Shown here one piece after another: positions 26,185-35,159 of a DNA stretch of 64,000 nt. The position numbers and the translations under genes are program-made. Below the pieces are notes generated by a model, which had not been told where the DNA came from, ran no database searches, and saw nothing but the letters and a program-made list of their open reading frames with translations. This DNA comes from Clostridia bacterium (GTDB taxonomy: Bacteria; Bacillota; Clostridia; Oscillospirales; Butyricicoccaceae): contig JAFSBG010000165.1 of the NCBI GenBank assembly GCA_017441945.1, forward strand, positions 1,214 through 65,213, given 5' to 3'. Numbering within the stretch: position 1 is the stretch's first letter; each line of letters begins with the position of its first letter.

Positions 26185-26560
26185 TATCACCTATGGTGAT
26201 GCGATATGCACTTTGTGCGCGATATGCACTTTGTGCGCGATATGCACTTTGTGCGCGATATGCGCTTCGCGCGCGATATTTTTGCTATGCAAAAGCGATA
26301 TGTTCCTTTGGAACGTAAAGGTGCCTGCGGCGCATCCGATAATTTTCTCTCCCTCCGTCACTTCGTGACACCTCCCTCGTCAGAGGGAGGCAAGAAAATT
26401 TGTCATTCTGAGGGTTAACCCCGAAGAATCTCCTTCGATTTGCACAATCACGGGATGCCTGGGCGTCATCCCTTACAATTAAATAGACGGGCTACGCCCT
26501 ACACCCCTCCGACGGCTTACTCCGCCACCTCCCCTTAACAATGGGAGGCAATAATCAGTC
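26185..26560. repeat. intergenic hairpin mosaic H (GCGATAT array copy 3)
   Basis: TATCACCTATGGTGAT, then six GCGATAT units to ~26314, then GTGCCTGCGGCGC. Next come CTCCCTCCGTCACTTCGTGACACCTCCCTCGTCAGAGGGAGGCAAGA (26347-26397), reversed GTCATTCTGAGGG..GAAGAATC, REP-like 26448-26476, ATTAAATAGACGGGCTACGCCCTAC, and CCTCCCCTTAACAATGGGAGG. Confidence 0.9.
26201..26272 (+). repeat. 18-nt perfect tandem repeat x3 plus one variant
   Basis: GCGATATGCACTTTGTGC occurs at 26201, 26219 and 26237, then GCGATATGCGCTTCGCGC at 26255. Each unit is the word GCGATAT plus an 11-nt hairpin. Confidence 0.9.
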
Positions 26561-26638
26561 TTTCCCACGGTTGGTAAAGCATCAATCAGTTAAAAATACA
26601 CATCAAATATATCAAAACAAGAAAGGAAAATAATAATC

Positions 26639-28225
26639 ATGGAAAACAAGAAAGGCGCTCCTTATTATATTTCCACAGCTATTGCCTACACATCCGGCCG
26701 CCCACACATCGGCAACTCCTATGAAATAGTTCTTGCCGACGCTATCGCACGTTTCAGACGCGAACAGGGCTACGATGTTTATTTCCAGACAGGTACTGAC
26801 GAACACGGTCAGAAGATTCAGGAAAAGGCAGAAGCAAGAGGCATTACACCTCAGCAGTTCGTTGACGAAACTGCAGCTAAGATAAAGGCTAACTGGGACT
26901 GCCTCAACACATCTTACGACAAGTTCATCAGAACAAGTGACCCAATGCACAAGGAAAAGGTCGCTAAAATCTTCAAGAAGCTCTATGACCAGGGCGACAT
27001 CTACAAGAGCGAATACGAAGGCCTTTACTGCGTGCCTTGCGAAAGCTTCTTTACAGAATCTCAGCTCGTTGACGGCAAGTGCCCTGACTGCGGCGCTGAA
27101 GTTCGTCCGATGAAGGAAGCTGCATACTTCCTCAAGCTCTCCAACTACGCTAAGCGTCTCGAAGAACATATCGAAAATAACCCAGACTTCATTCAGCCTC
27201 CTGCAAGAAAGAACGAAATGCTCAACAACTTCATCCGTCCAGGTCTCACAGACCTCTGCGTTTCCAGAAGCTCTTTCTCCTGGGGTGTTCCTGTTGAATT
27301 TGACCCGGGCAACGTAATCTATGTATGGATCGACGCTCTTTCCAACTATATCACATTCGCTGGCTACGACCCAGAAGGCAATCACGACGAACACTACAAG
27401 AAGTACTGGCCTGCTGATGTACATCTCATCGGTAAGGACATTCTCCGTTTCCACACAATTTACTGGCCAATCATTCTTATGGCTATCGGTGAACCACTTC
27501 CAAAGCAGGTATTCGGCCATCCTTGGCTCCTTATGGGCGACGGCAAGATGAGTAAGAGTAAGGGCAACGTAATTTACGCAGAAGACCTTATCGAGCTTTT
27601 CGGCGTTGACGCTGTTCGTTACTACCTCCTCCACGAAATGCCTTTTGCACAGGACGGCACACTGACATACGAACTTCTTATGGAACGTATCAATTCCGAC
27701 CTTGCAAACATCCTCGGCAACCTTGTAAACAGAACTATCGCTATGGTGCACAAGTACAACGGCGGCGTTATCTCCAAGGGCTTTGCTGACGGCGCTGTCG
27801 ACCATGAGCTCATCAACCTTGCTCTCGCAACTCCTGACATCGTTGAAAAGAAGATGGACGAGCTCCGCGTTGCTGACGCACTCGATGCTATCTGGGATCT
27901 TCTCAGACGCGCTAACAAGTACATCGACGAAACAACTCCATGGGCTCTTGCAAAGGACGAAGGCATGAAGTGGCGCCTTAACCGCGTACTCTATGTTCTC
28001 CTTGAAACAATCCGTTATGCTGCTGTTCTTCTCAAGCCTTTCCTCCCTGAAACTGCTGAAAAGATTTTCGCACAGCTTAACACAGACATCAAGGATTTCG
28101 ATTCTCTCAAGGAATTTGCTCAGCTCAAGGAAGGCGTTGAAGTAGGCAAGGCAGAGCCTCTCTTCGCTCGTATCGACATTCCAAAGAAGCTCGAAGAAAT
28201 CGCAAAGAAGAATGAACAGAATTAA
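26639..28225 (+). CDS. metG: methionine--tRNA ligase (short form)
   Basis: 528 aa with the HIGH-type motif (RPHIGNSYE), Zn knuckles CVPCESFF / CPDCG, and KMSKSKGN. Confidence 0.95.
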   Translation: MENKKGAPYYISTAIAYTSGRPHIGNSYEIVLADAIARFRREQGYDVYFQTGTDEHGQKIQEKAEARGITPQQFVDETAAKIKANWDCLNTSYDKFIRTSDPMHKEKVAKIFKKLYDQGDIYKSEYEGLYCVPCESFFTESQLVDGKCPDCGAEVRPMKEAAYFLKLSNYAKRLEEHIENNPDFIQPPARKNEMLNNFIRPGLTDLCVSRSSFSWGVPVEFDPGNVIYVWIDALSNYITFAGYDPEGNHDEHYKKYWPADVHLIGKDILRFHTIYWPIILMAIGEPLPKQVFGHPWLLMGDGKMSKSKGNVIYAEDLIELFGVDAVRYYLLHEMPFAQDGTLTYELLMERINSDLANILGNLVNRTIAMVHKYNGGVISKGFADGAVDHELINLALATPDIVEKKMDELRVADALDAIWDLLRRANKYIDETTPWALAKDEGMKWRLNRVLYVLLETIRYAAVLLKPFLPETAEKIFAQLNTDIKDFDSLKEFAQLKEGVEVGKAEPLFARIDIPKKLEEIAKKNEQN

Positions 28226-29006
28226 GCTTTTTGATACACACACCCACCTTCACGACGAATGGTTTGACGAAGACCGTGAACAGGTGATAGCTGACGCCCA
28301 CAATTCGGGCGTCGAGCTTATGGTGGACATCGGCACAGATTTGCAGTCATCGAGAGATGCTCTTGCCCTTGCCGAAAAATATGACTTTATCTATGCCGCT
28401 GTCGGCTTCCACCCTCACGATGCTTCCGATTACAATGAGGAGGCAGAAAAGGAGCTTATAAAGCTGTGGAATCATCCGAAAAATCTTGCCATCGGCGAAA
28501 TCGGCCTTGATTATCACTATGATTACTCTCCGAGAGAGGTGCAGAAAGCGGTTTTCATCCGCCAGATGGAGCTGGCTCGTCAGCTTGGCAAAAAGGTCAT
28601 TATCCATTCCCGTGAGGCGACTGAGGACACTTTAAACATTCTCAAAATGTTCCCTGATGTAAAGGGTGTGCTCCATTGTTACAGCGGAAGCCTTGAGACG
28701 GCTAAAATCTTAATCAAAATGGGCTATCATCTGTCTTTCACAGGGGTGGTAACCTATAAAAATGCGGCGAAATCCATCGAAGTTGTCGATTGGATGCCGA
28801 TTGAGATGCTTATGGCGGAGACAGACTCGCCGTATCTCACTCCTGTGCCATTCAGAGGCAAGCGCAACGACAGCAGTAAGGTAAATCTTGTTGTGGAAAA
28901 GCTTGCTGAAATCAAGGGATTATCCTATGAAGAAATGGCAAAAATAACTTTTGACAACGCAGTTAAATTTTTCGGTCTTGACAAGGAAATTACAGATGAG
29001 GAATAA
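28212..29006 (+). CDS. tatD: TatD family hydrolase (metal-dependent DNase)
   Basis: 264 aa with LFDTHTHLHD, IGEIGLDYHY, VIIHSREA and ETDSPYLTP. Overlaps metG by 14 nt. Confidence 0.9.
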   Translation: MNRIKLFDTHTHLHDEWFDEDREQVIADAHNSGVELMVDIGTDLQSSRDALALAEKYDFIYAAVGFHPHDASDYNEEAEKELIKLWNHPKNLAIGEIGLDYHYDYSPREVQKAVFIRQMELARQLGKKVIIHSREATEDTLNILKMFPDVKGVLHCYSGSLETAKILIKMGYHLSFTGVVTYKNAAKSIEVVDWMPIEMLMAETDSPYLTPVPFRGKRNDSSKVNLVVEKLAEIKGLSYEEMAKITFDNAVKFFGLDKEITDEE

Positions 29007-29820
29007 TTCGACACAACTGAAAATAGCGGCAGTTATTATTGTTTTGGTGGCTGTCATTGTTTCCTTTGTCAAAATCGGCTCAAGCTACAATCCGGTCAGC
29101 ACTGTCATCGGCACAGTGCTGACTCCTATACAGTCTTTTGTCAACTCGGCATCCGATTCTGTAAAGGGATTTTTCAGCTATTTCTATGAGTTTGACTCAC
29201 TCAAGGCGGAAAATGAACAGCTCAAGGACAGGATAGCCGAGCTGGAAAAGCTGGAGAGCAAGTACAACAAGGCGATTTCCGAAAACCAGTATCTCCGTGT
29301 GCTTGCCCGTCTTTCGATAGAAAATCCGACCTATGAATATGAGTTTGCTTCGGTCACCGCCATTGAAACAGGCGATTACCATAAAATCGTCACCATTGAC
29401 AAGGGGCAGGCTCACGGTATCGAGCTTTATGACTGCGCCATAGTCCGCGAGGGCTTGGTTGGTTATGTTTCCAAGGTCGGCCCTAATTTTGCTGAAATCA
29501 CAACTGTGCTCGACCCTTCCATGAAAATCGGCGCTCTTATTTCCCGCACACAGGAAATCGGCGTTGCCGAAGGTATGGCTGAGTACATCCACGAAAACAA
29601 GCTCAAACTGTCCTATCTGGACAATGAGACGACAGCGAAGTACAACGATGTCGTTGAGACTTCCGGCTACGGAGATATTTATCCGAAGGGGCTTGTCATC
29701 GGCTATGTGGACGATGTCGTCCCTGAAGGTCACGGACTTTCGACTTACGCTACAGTCCGTCCTGCCGTTGAATTGTCACAGCTCAAGAAATTATATATTA
29801 TCAAGGAATTTTCGGAATAG
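28996..29820 (+). CDS. mreC: rod shape-determining protein MreC
   Basis: ATG 28996 follows AAGGAAA. N-terminal TM, coiled coil (LKAENEQLKDRIAELEKLE) and beta-rich C-domain (GLVGYVSKVGPNFAEITTVLD). Overlaps the tatD end. Confidence 0.85.
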   Translation: MRNNSTQLKIAAVIIVLVAVIVSFVKIGSSYNPVSTVIGTVLTPIQSFVNSASDSVKGFFSYFYEFDSLKAENEQLKDRIAELEKLESKYNKAISENQYLRVLARLSIENPTYEYEFASVTAIETGDYHKIVTIDKGQAHGIELYDCAIVREGLVGYVSKVGPNFAEITTVLDPSMKIGALISRTQEIGVAEGMAEYIHENKLKLSYLDNETTAKYNDVVETSGYGDIYPKGLVIGYVDDVVPEGHGLSTYATVRPAVELSQLKKLYIIKEFSE

Positions 29821-29824
29821 ACTT

Positions 29825-30055
29825 CGGATTTTTGCGGGCGGGCACAGAGGCACCGCCCCTACAGCTATTCTTTCGTAGTAACCCCTCGTAGGGGAGGGTC
29901 TCCGCGCCCTCCCGCCCTATCAAATGCGCCGCAGGCATCGCAATTTTCAACTTTCAACTTTCAATTTTCAACTTATAACTTTCCTTATTGGAGCGGAAAG
30001 CATCTCCAGTACACCATCTCGACATCGGACGAGCAATGCTCGCCCCTGCACTATT
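29825..30055. repeat. intergenic hairpin mosaic I
   Basis: REP 29834-29862 (CCCTAC tail), reversed linker CTATTCTTTCGTAGT, REP 29888-29915 (GTAG head), GCGCCGCAGGCATCGC, TTTCAACTTTCAACTTTCAATTTTCAACTTATAACTTT words, and REP 30027-30050. Confidence 0.85.
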
Positions 30056-30060
30056 TAACT

Positions 30061-31206
30061 ATGGAATTTAACAAGAAAAATATAAAAGCTGTCATGTTCC
30101 TCACGGTTTTTGCCGGTGTGGTGCTGACATTATCCCAGAATATCGAAGGAATTATTGCTGTATTTGGAAACATATGCGGTATGTTCACCCCTGTCTTTAT
30201 CGGCCTTGCCCTTGCCTTTGTTCTGAATATTTTCATGAAAATATTCGAAGAAAGGCTTTTTGTAAATTTAAAGAAAGCTAAAAACAAAAAGCTTCACACT
30301 CTTGTGCGCCCTCTTTCTCTCATCGCAACGATCGCTCTCGTGCCGCTTATCATTTCGATAGTAGCACTCGTTATCGTGCCTGAAATCGGCAAGCTTTTCA
30401 TGATGCTGAAAGATTCCCTCCCTGGCTGGCTCAACTATGTTTTCAACAAGGTTGAAATGCTGCTTATTCAGTACAATATCGACATTTCCATTATCGAAAA
30501 CTTCGATATCGACTGGAAGAGCACCATCGACAAAGTGTTCTCCTCTGCTATGAAGGGCTCGGAAACTGTTCTCAACACAGCCATAACCACCATGGGCGGC
30601 GTTATCAGCTTCGGCAGCAATCTGCTCATCGGCTTTGTCATCGCAATTTATGTGCTGGCTCAGAAGGAAAAGATATGCGCATTTTTCGTCAGCCTTACAA
30701 AGGCTGTTTTCCCTAAGAAAATCTATGAGGAGGCTCTGCGAATCACACGCCTTGCTTCCAGCATTTTCTCCAAATACATTCTCGGTCAGCTTACAGAGGC
30801 CATCGTACTTTCCACATTGTGCTTTGTCGGTATGCTGATTTTCGGTTTCCCTCAGCCGCTGGTCATTTCTGTGCTTGTTGCAGTTACAGCTTTAGTCCCT
30901 ATCGTGGGCGCATTCCTTGCGGCATTCATAGGCGCTGTGCTCATTTTCATTGAAGAAGGGCTTATCAAAGGCTTGCTTTTCGCCCTTTTCCTCACAGTGC
31001 TTCAGCAGATTGAGGGCAACCTTATTTATCCTAAGGTGGTCGGCAAAACTGTCGGCCTGCCGAGCATTCTCGTGCTTGTCGCCATCGTCGTGGGCGGCAA
31101 TATGAGTGGTGTACTTGGCATTCTCCTTGCTGTGCCTGTGGCGGCGCTGGCTTACACACTCATCAAGGAATTCATTGCAAAACGCAATAAGTGGAAGAAG
31201 AATTAG
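30061..31206 (+). CDS. AI-2E family transporter (PerM/UPF0118)
   Basis: 381 aa with about 8 TM and the signature LQQIEGNLIYPKVVGKTVGLP. Confidence 0.85.
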   Translation: MEFNKKNIKAVMFLTVFAGVVLTLSQNIEGIIAVFGNICGMFTPVFIGLALAFVLNIFMKIFEERLFVNLKKAKNKKLHTLVRPLSLIATIALVPLIISIVALVIVPEIGKLFMMLKDSLPGWLNYVFNKVEMLLIQYNIDISIIENFDIDWKSTIDKVFSSAMKGSETVLNTAITTMGGVISFGSNLLIGFVIAIYVLAQKEKICAFFVSLTKAVFPKKIYEEALRITRLASSIFSKYILGQLTEAIVLSTLCFVGMLIFGFPQPLVISVLVAVTALVPIVGAFLAAFIGAVLIFIEEGLIKGLLFALFLTVLQQIEGNLIYPKVVGKTVGLPSILVLVAIVVGGNMSGVLGILLAVPVAALAYTLIKEFIAKRNKWKKN

Positions 31207-31440
31207 AAATGAATTGCACAAAATGTGCGTGAATTGATGCAAGCATCATGAATTGCGCTACGCGCATGAATTGAATTGCTTTGCAATTCATTGCGGTGCC
31301 TGCGGCGCTATCAGATAAAACGCCCTTTGGGCTACACCTCATCCACCGCAAGCGGTCCCCCTTCCCCTCAAGGGGAAGGCATTGAGATTGTTCGTAGGGA
31401 CCGGCGTCCCCGACGGTCCGCTTATTCAATCGTGCACAGC
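31207..31440. repeat. intergenic hairpin mosaic J
   Basis: ATGAATT-word array (31207-~31290) ending in GGTGCCTGCGGCGC. Then CACCTCATCCACCGCAAGCGGTCCCCCTTCCCCTCAAGGGGAAGG and REP 31394-31421 (GTAGGGACCGGCGTCCCCGACGGTCCGC). Confidence 0.85.
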
Positions 31441-31474
31441 ACACATCAATTTTACCCCCCTAAAAGGAAAAACT

Positions 31475-31981
31475 ATGCAGAGAAAAACGGTATTTTTCAA
31501 ATATGCGGCCTATGTGCTTTTAGCTTTAGGCCTTTTTGTTCTGCAGTTTTCACGCGGTGTTTCGGTCAGCCTTTTCGGCTTCCGCTGCGACTATTTTATA
31601 ATGTACACCGTGGCTGTCGCCATGTTTGAGGGAATGACGGCAGGCACATTTGCAGGCTTTATAGCCGCCTTCTGTGTCTGCACCGCAAAGGGCGGTTTCC
31701 CTCTGGGATATCTGCTTTTCTATCCGTTTTTAGGCATGATTACAGGCTTTATCGTCGATATCGACTTCCGTAAGCACCTGCTGACAGCCCTTTTGTTCAC
31801 GATAGCAGGCTCTCTTATCTACGACATCACCGCCCATCTTCTGAACGGTGTTTTCATCGGTATTCCGTGGGGCGAATTTGTCAAAGACCTGTTTTTATCC
31901 CTGCCTGTGACGATAATTTTTTCAACTTTAGTTTACTATGCAGTCCTTCTCGTCAGAAAAATCTACGATTCCGTTGATTAA
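31475..31981 (+). CDS. mreD: rod shape-determining protein MreD
   Basis: 168 aa with 5 TM, positioned immediately upstream of PBP2. ATG 31475 follows AAAAGGAAAA. The ORF-track N-terminal extension (31382) translates repeat sequence. Confidence 0.7.
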   Translation: MQRKTVFFKYAAYVLLALGLFVLQFSRGVSVSLFGFRCDYFIMYTVAVAMFEGMTAGTFAGFIAAFCVCTAKGGFPLGYLLFYPFLGMITGFIVDIDFRKHLLTALLFTIAGSLIYDITAHLLNGVFIGIPWGEFVKDLFLSLPVTIIFSTLVYYAVLLVRKIYDSVD

Positions 31982-32003
31982 CGGCTGCTCAAGAGGATAA
32001 TTT

Positions 32004-34031
32004 ATGATAAATAAGTTCACCAAGTTTAAAATTTTTCTCATCTTCCTCGTTTTCGTCGTATGCATTTACGGCATCTGCGTCCGTCTTTATAATTATCAGA
32101 TTGTGGAGCACGAGGAAATCGTTGAGTCATCCATGCGTAAAACCATGCTGACCTACACCCAGAATGCCTCACGCGGTACGATTTACGACCGCAACGGCGT
32201 GCCGCTTGTCTCCAATGAAATGTCCTTTCAGGTGGTTTTTGACTATTATTTCTGGGAAAAAGACCGCCAGAATGAAGTGATTCTTCAGCTTTGCGCCATT
32301 ATGGCGGAGACCGAGCACAGCTTCACAGACACTCTGCCGATTACTCTCACTGCGCCTTACTCTTTCACGGTGGCTGATGCCAACAACAAGTATTACAGCC
32401 AGCTTATGGACTTTGTAAGCGAGCAGAAGGATTGGGGCGAAAACTTAAATGCCAATGAGATTATGAAGAAGCTCATCGAAAAGTACGACATTGCCGACAC
32501 TTATACCAACGCTGAAAAACGCACCATCGTCGGCGTGCGTTACGATATGGAAAACAAGGGTTTTTCCAGCTATTCACCTTACATTTTTGCCGAGAATGTT
32601 CCGATTGAGACGATCAGCAAGATAAGTGAGGCAAGTATGTTCTTCCCCGGCGTGACGATAAATGAAGTCGAAACAAGAGCATACCGCACCATTCACGCCG
32701 CCCATATTTTAGGACGTGTTGGCTCTATCTGGAAGGAAGAATGGGACGAATACAAGGAAAAAGGCTATTCGATGAACGATATTGTCGGCAAGGACGGAGC
32801 TGAAAAGGCTTTTGAAGAGTATCTTCGTCCAATTGACGGTACTTTGGGCATCGAAACCGATATTGACGGCTTTTCCACAGGTATGACAACTCTCGATGAC
32901 CCTCAGCCGGGCAAGGATGTCTATCTCACAATCGACATCGGTATGCAGGCTGTTGCCGAAAAGGCACTTGTCGACGTCACCGAGCAGATAAAAGAAAAAT
33001 CCAAATTCAATAAAAACGGCGCAGGTCACGATGCGGCAGGCGGCGCCTGTGTTGTAATCGACATTGACACAGGCGAGGTTTTAGCGATGGCATCCTCACC
33101 GACATATAATCTTGAAACCTTCAATGCCGACTATAACGACCTTTACAACGACCCTCTCACCCCTATGCTCAACCGCACGATAGGCGGTCTTTATCCGCCG
33201 GGATCGATTTTCAAGATGGTTTCGGCGCTTGCCTCTCTCGAAGAGGGCATAGTAAGTCCGTACACTGAAATCAAGGACGAGGGCGTTTACCGCTACTATG
33301 CTCCGAGCTACACCCCTGCCTGCTGGGTATGGAATGACTACCGCCGCACCCACGGCTCTATCAATGTTTCGGAAGCTATCAAATATTCCTGCAACTACTT
33401 TTTCTATGAAACAAGCCGAATTATGGGCATTGACACCCTTAATTCCTATGCTAAAAAGCTGGGCTTAGGTCAGAAAACCAACATTGAGCTTTCGGGCGAG
33501 CTGAAAGGACGTCTTGCCGGCCCTGAAAACCGTGATGAATCCAACCCATGGCAGCCTGGTGAAACAATTCAGGCGGCTATCGGTCAGTCTGAGCATCAGT
33601 TTACACCGATTCAGCTTGCAAGCTACATTTCAACCCTTATCAACGGCGGCACACGCTATCAGACTCATCTTCTGAAGAGCGTAAAGAGCTATGACGGTAA
33701 GGAAACCTATGTTGACAACAACGTTTCTGTCATCGACACTGTTGAAGTCAGCGAGGAAAGCTTGGAGGCCATCAAGCGCGGTATGCTTGGCGCGACGACC
33801 GATGACGGTACTGCATCTTCTGTTTTCGCCGATTATCCTATCAAGGTGGGCGGCAAGACAGGCTCGGCGCAGACAAAGCGCGGCTCTTCGGCTCACGGCA
33901 CATTCCTTTCTTTCGCACCTTATGACGACCCTGAAATCGCTGTCTGCGTTATTATTGAGCATGCAGGCTCGGGCGGTGCTGTTGCCCCTGTTGTAAGGGA
34001 AGTTTACGATTATTACTTTGGTCTGGAGTAA
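32004..34031 (+). CDS. mrdA: penicillin-binding protein 2 (elongation transpeptidase)
   Basis: 675 aa with an N-terminal TM and a PBP dimerisation domain. Transpeptidase motifs SIFK (SxxK), SCN (SxN) and KTGSA (KTG). Confidence 0.9.
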   Translation: MINKFTKFKIFLIFLVFVVCIYGICVRLYNYQIVEHEEIVESSMRKTMLTYTQNASRGTIYDRNGVPLVSNEMSFQVVFDYYFWEKDRQNEVILQLCAIMAETEHSFTDTLPITLTAPYSFTVADANNKYYSQLMDFVSEQKDWGENLNANEIMKKLIEKYDIADTYTNAEKRTIVGVRYDMENKGFSSYSPYIFAENVPIETISKISEASMFFPGVTINEVETRAYRTIHAAHILGRVGSIWKEEWDEYKEKGYSMNDIVGKDGAEKAFEEYLRPIDGTLGIETDIDGFSTGMTTLDDPQPGKDVYLTIDIGMQAVAEKALVDVTEQIKEKSKFNKNGAGHDAAGGACVVIDIDTGEVLAMASSPTYNLETFNADYNDLYNDPLTPMLNRTIGGLYPPGSIFKMVSALASLEEGIVSPYTEIKDEGVYRYYAPSYTPACWVWNDYRRTHGSINVSEAIKYSCNYFFYETSRIMGIDTLNSYAKKLGLGQKTNIELSGELKGRLAGPENRDESNPWQPGETIQAAIGQSEHQFTPIQLASYISTLINGGTRYQTHLLKSVKSYDGKETYVDNNVSVIDTVEVSEESLEAIKRGMLGATTDDGTASSVFADYPIKVGGKTGSAQTKRGSSAHGTFLSFAPYDDPEIAVCVIIEHAGSGGAVAPVVREVYDYYFGLE

Positions 34032-34037
34032 AAAACT

Positions 34038-34847
34038 ATGGGATTTATCTGTCCTAAATGCAAAAAACCGCTGAAAATTGTGGATAATTCCATGAAATGC
34101 GGCGAAAATCATTCCTATGATATATCGAAATTCGGCTATGTGAATCTGCTTCTTTCGCAGAAATCCTCGAAAAAGCGTCACGGTGACGACAAGCTGATGG
34201 CGAGAAGCCGCAGAGATTTTCTCGACAAGGGCTATTATTCCCATCTGCTTGAAAAGCTCAAAGAGCTTTCGCTGAAATACGGCGCAAAAGGCGGCGATTT
34301 TCTCGATTTAGGCTGTGGCGAGTGCTATTATTCATCAAATATTCAGCATTTTCTCAAGGAAAAGGGCATCGAAATGGGCTTTTACGGCATTGATATTTCA
34401 AAGGACATTCTTGCTGTCGGCTCAAAGCGAGGCGGCATAAATCTTGCCGTTGCCAGCGCATCTGAATTGCCATTTGCCGACGAAAGCCTTGACATTGTGA
34501 TGAGCGTTTTCGCGCCGAGCTTTGATGATACTGTAAGAGTTCTGAAAAAAGGCGGCACTTACATCAAGGTAATTCCTCTTGAGCGCCATCTTATCGAGCT
34601 GAAAGAGGCGGTTTACGATGAGGTTTACCTCAACAAGGGCGAAAACGAGGCTCTTTCGGGGCTTGAGCTTACCGAAAAGTATGACCTTGAGCAAATGATT
34701 CATCTTGAAAACAACGCCGACATCGACGCGCTTTTCAAAATGACACCTTATTATTATAAAACGTCGCAGAGAGACCAGGAAAAACTGACTAAGCTGGATA
34801 CACTTGATGTGCTGACACAATTCAGAGTGCTGGTTTATAAGAAATAA
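34038..34847 (+). CDS. rlmA: 23S rRNA (guanine-N1)-methyltransferase RlmA-like (Zn-ribbon + class I SAM MTase)
   Basis: 269 aa with CPKCKKPL....CGENHSYDISKFGYVNLL at the N-terminus and the SAM motif FLDLGCGECYY. Confidence 0.8.
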   Translation: MGFICPKCKKPLKIVDNSMKCGENHSYDISKFGYVNLLLSQKSSKKRHGDDKLMARSRRDFLDKGYYSHLLEKLKELSLKYGAKGGDFLDLGCGECYYSSNIQHFLKEKGIEMGFYGIDISKDILAVGSKRGGINLAVASASELPFADESLDIVMSVFAPSFDDTVRVLKKGGTYIKVIPLERHLIELKEAVYDEVYLNKGENEALSGLELTEKYDLEQMIHLENNADIDALFKMTPYYYKTSQRDQEKLTKLDTLDVLTQFRVLVYKK

Positions 34848-34850
34848 AAA

Positions 34851-35125
34851 TATCACCTGCGGTGATGCGATATAACGCTTTGCGTTGCGATATATAAATG
34901 CGATATGTCCTTTGGACGCGATATATTTGCTTCGCAAATGATGCGGTGCCTGCGGCGCCATTAAATACTTATCAGGTCGGCTCTGAGCGGGAGTCAAGCA
35001 GTAAATCTGTCATTCCGAAGCGCAGCGAGGAATCTCCTCCCCTTACGCACACTCTGCAGGGTGCATTCACGAATGCACCTCGGGATGCCGGGGCGTCGTC
35101 TCCTACAATACACCCGCCCTGCACA
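34851..35125. repeat. intergenic hairpin mosaic K (GCGATAT array copy 4)
   Basis: TATCACCTGCGGTGAT starts 4 nt after the stop, followed by GCGATAT units to 34958 (..GGTGCCTGCGGCGCC). Then reversed GTCATTCCGAAG..GAGGAATC, hairpin GGTGCATTCACGAATGCACC, and REP-like 35081-35106. Confidence 0.9.
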
Positions 35126-35159
35126 TCAACAAACATCAACTTAAAAGGAGTATAAAATT

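Noticed and set aside
26201-26272. Possible CRISPR array (perfect 18-nt direct repeats)
   Set aside because: The repeats are directly adjacent with no spacers. The units are only 18 nt, there are no cas genes, and the repeat is a GCGATAT+hairpin unit of the dispersed array family.
26420-26638. T-box leader upstream of metG
   Set aside because: There is no T-box consensus (AANNNGGGTGGTACCGCG-like), no specifier or terminator-antiterminator arrangement. The region is composed of dispersed mosaic modules.
26612-28243. 543-aa minus-strand ORF antisense to metG
   Set aside because: It is a shadow ORF. The plus strand encodes a MetRS with HIGH/KMSKS motifs, and the antisense product has no motif and no RBS. 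The same reasoning applies to 14696-15658, 1113-1877, 16672-18196, 45385-46059, 48704-49498, 23237-24013, 33630-34244 and 37018-37620.
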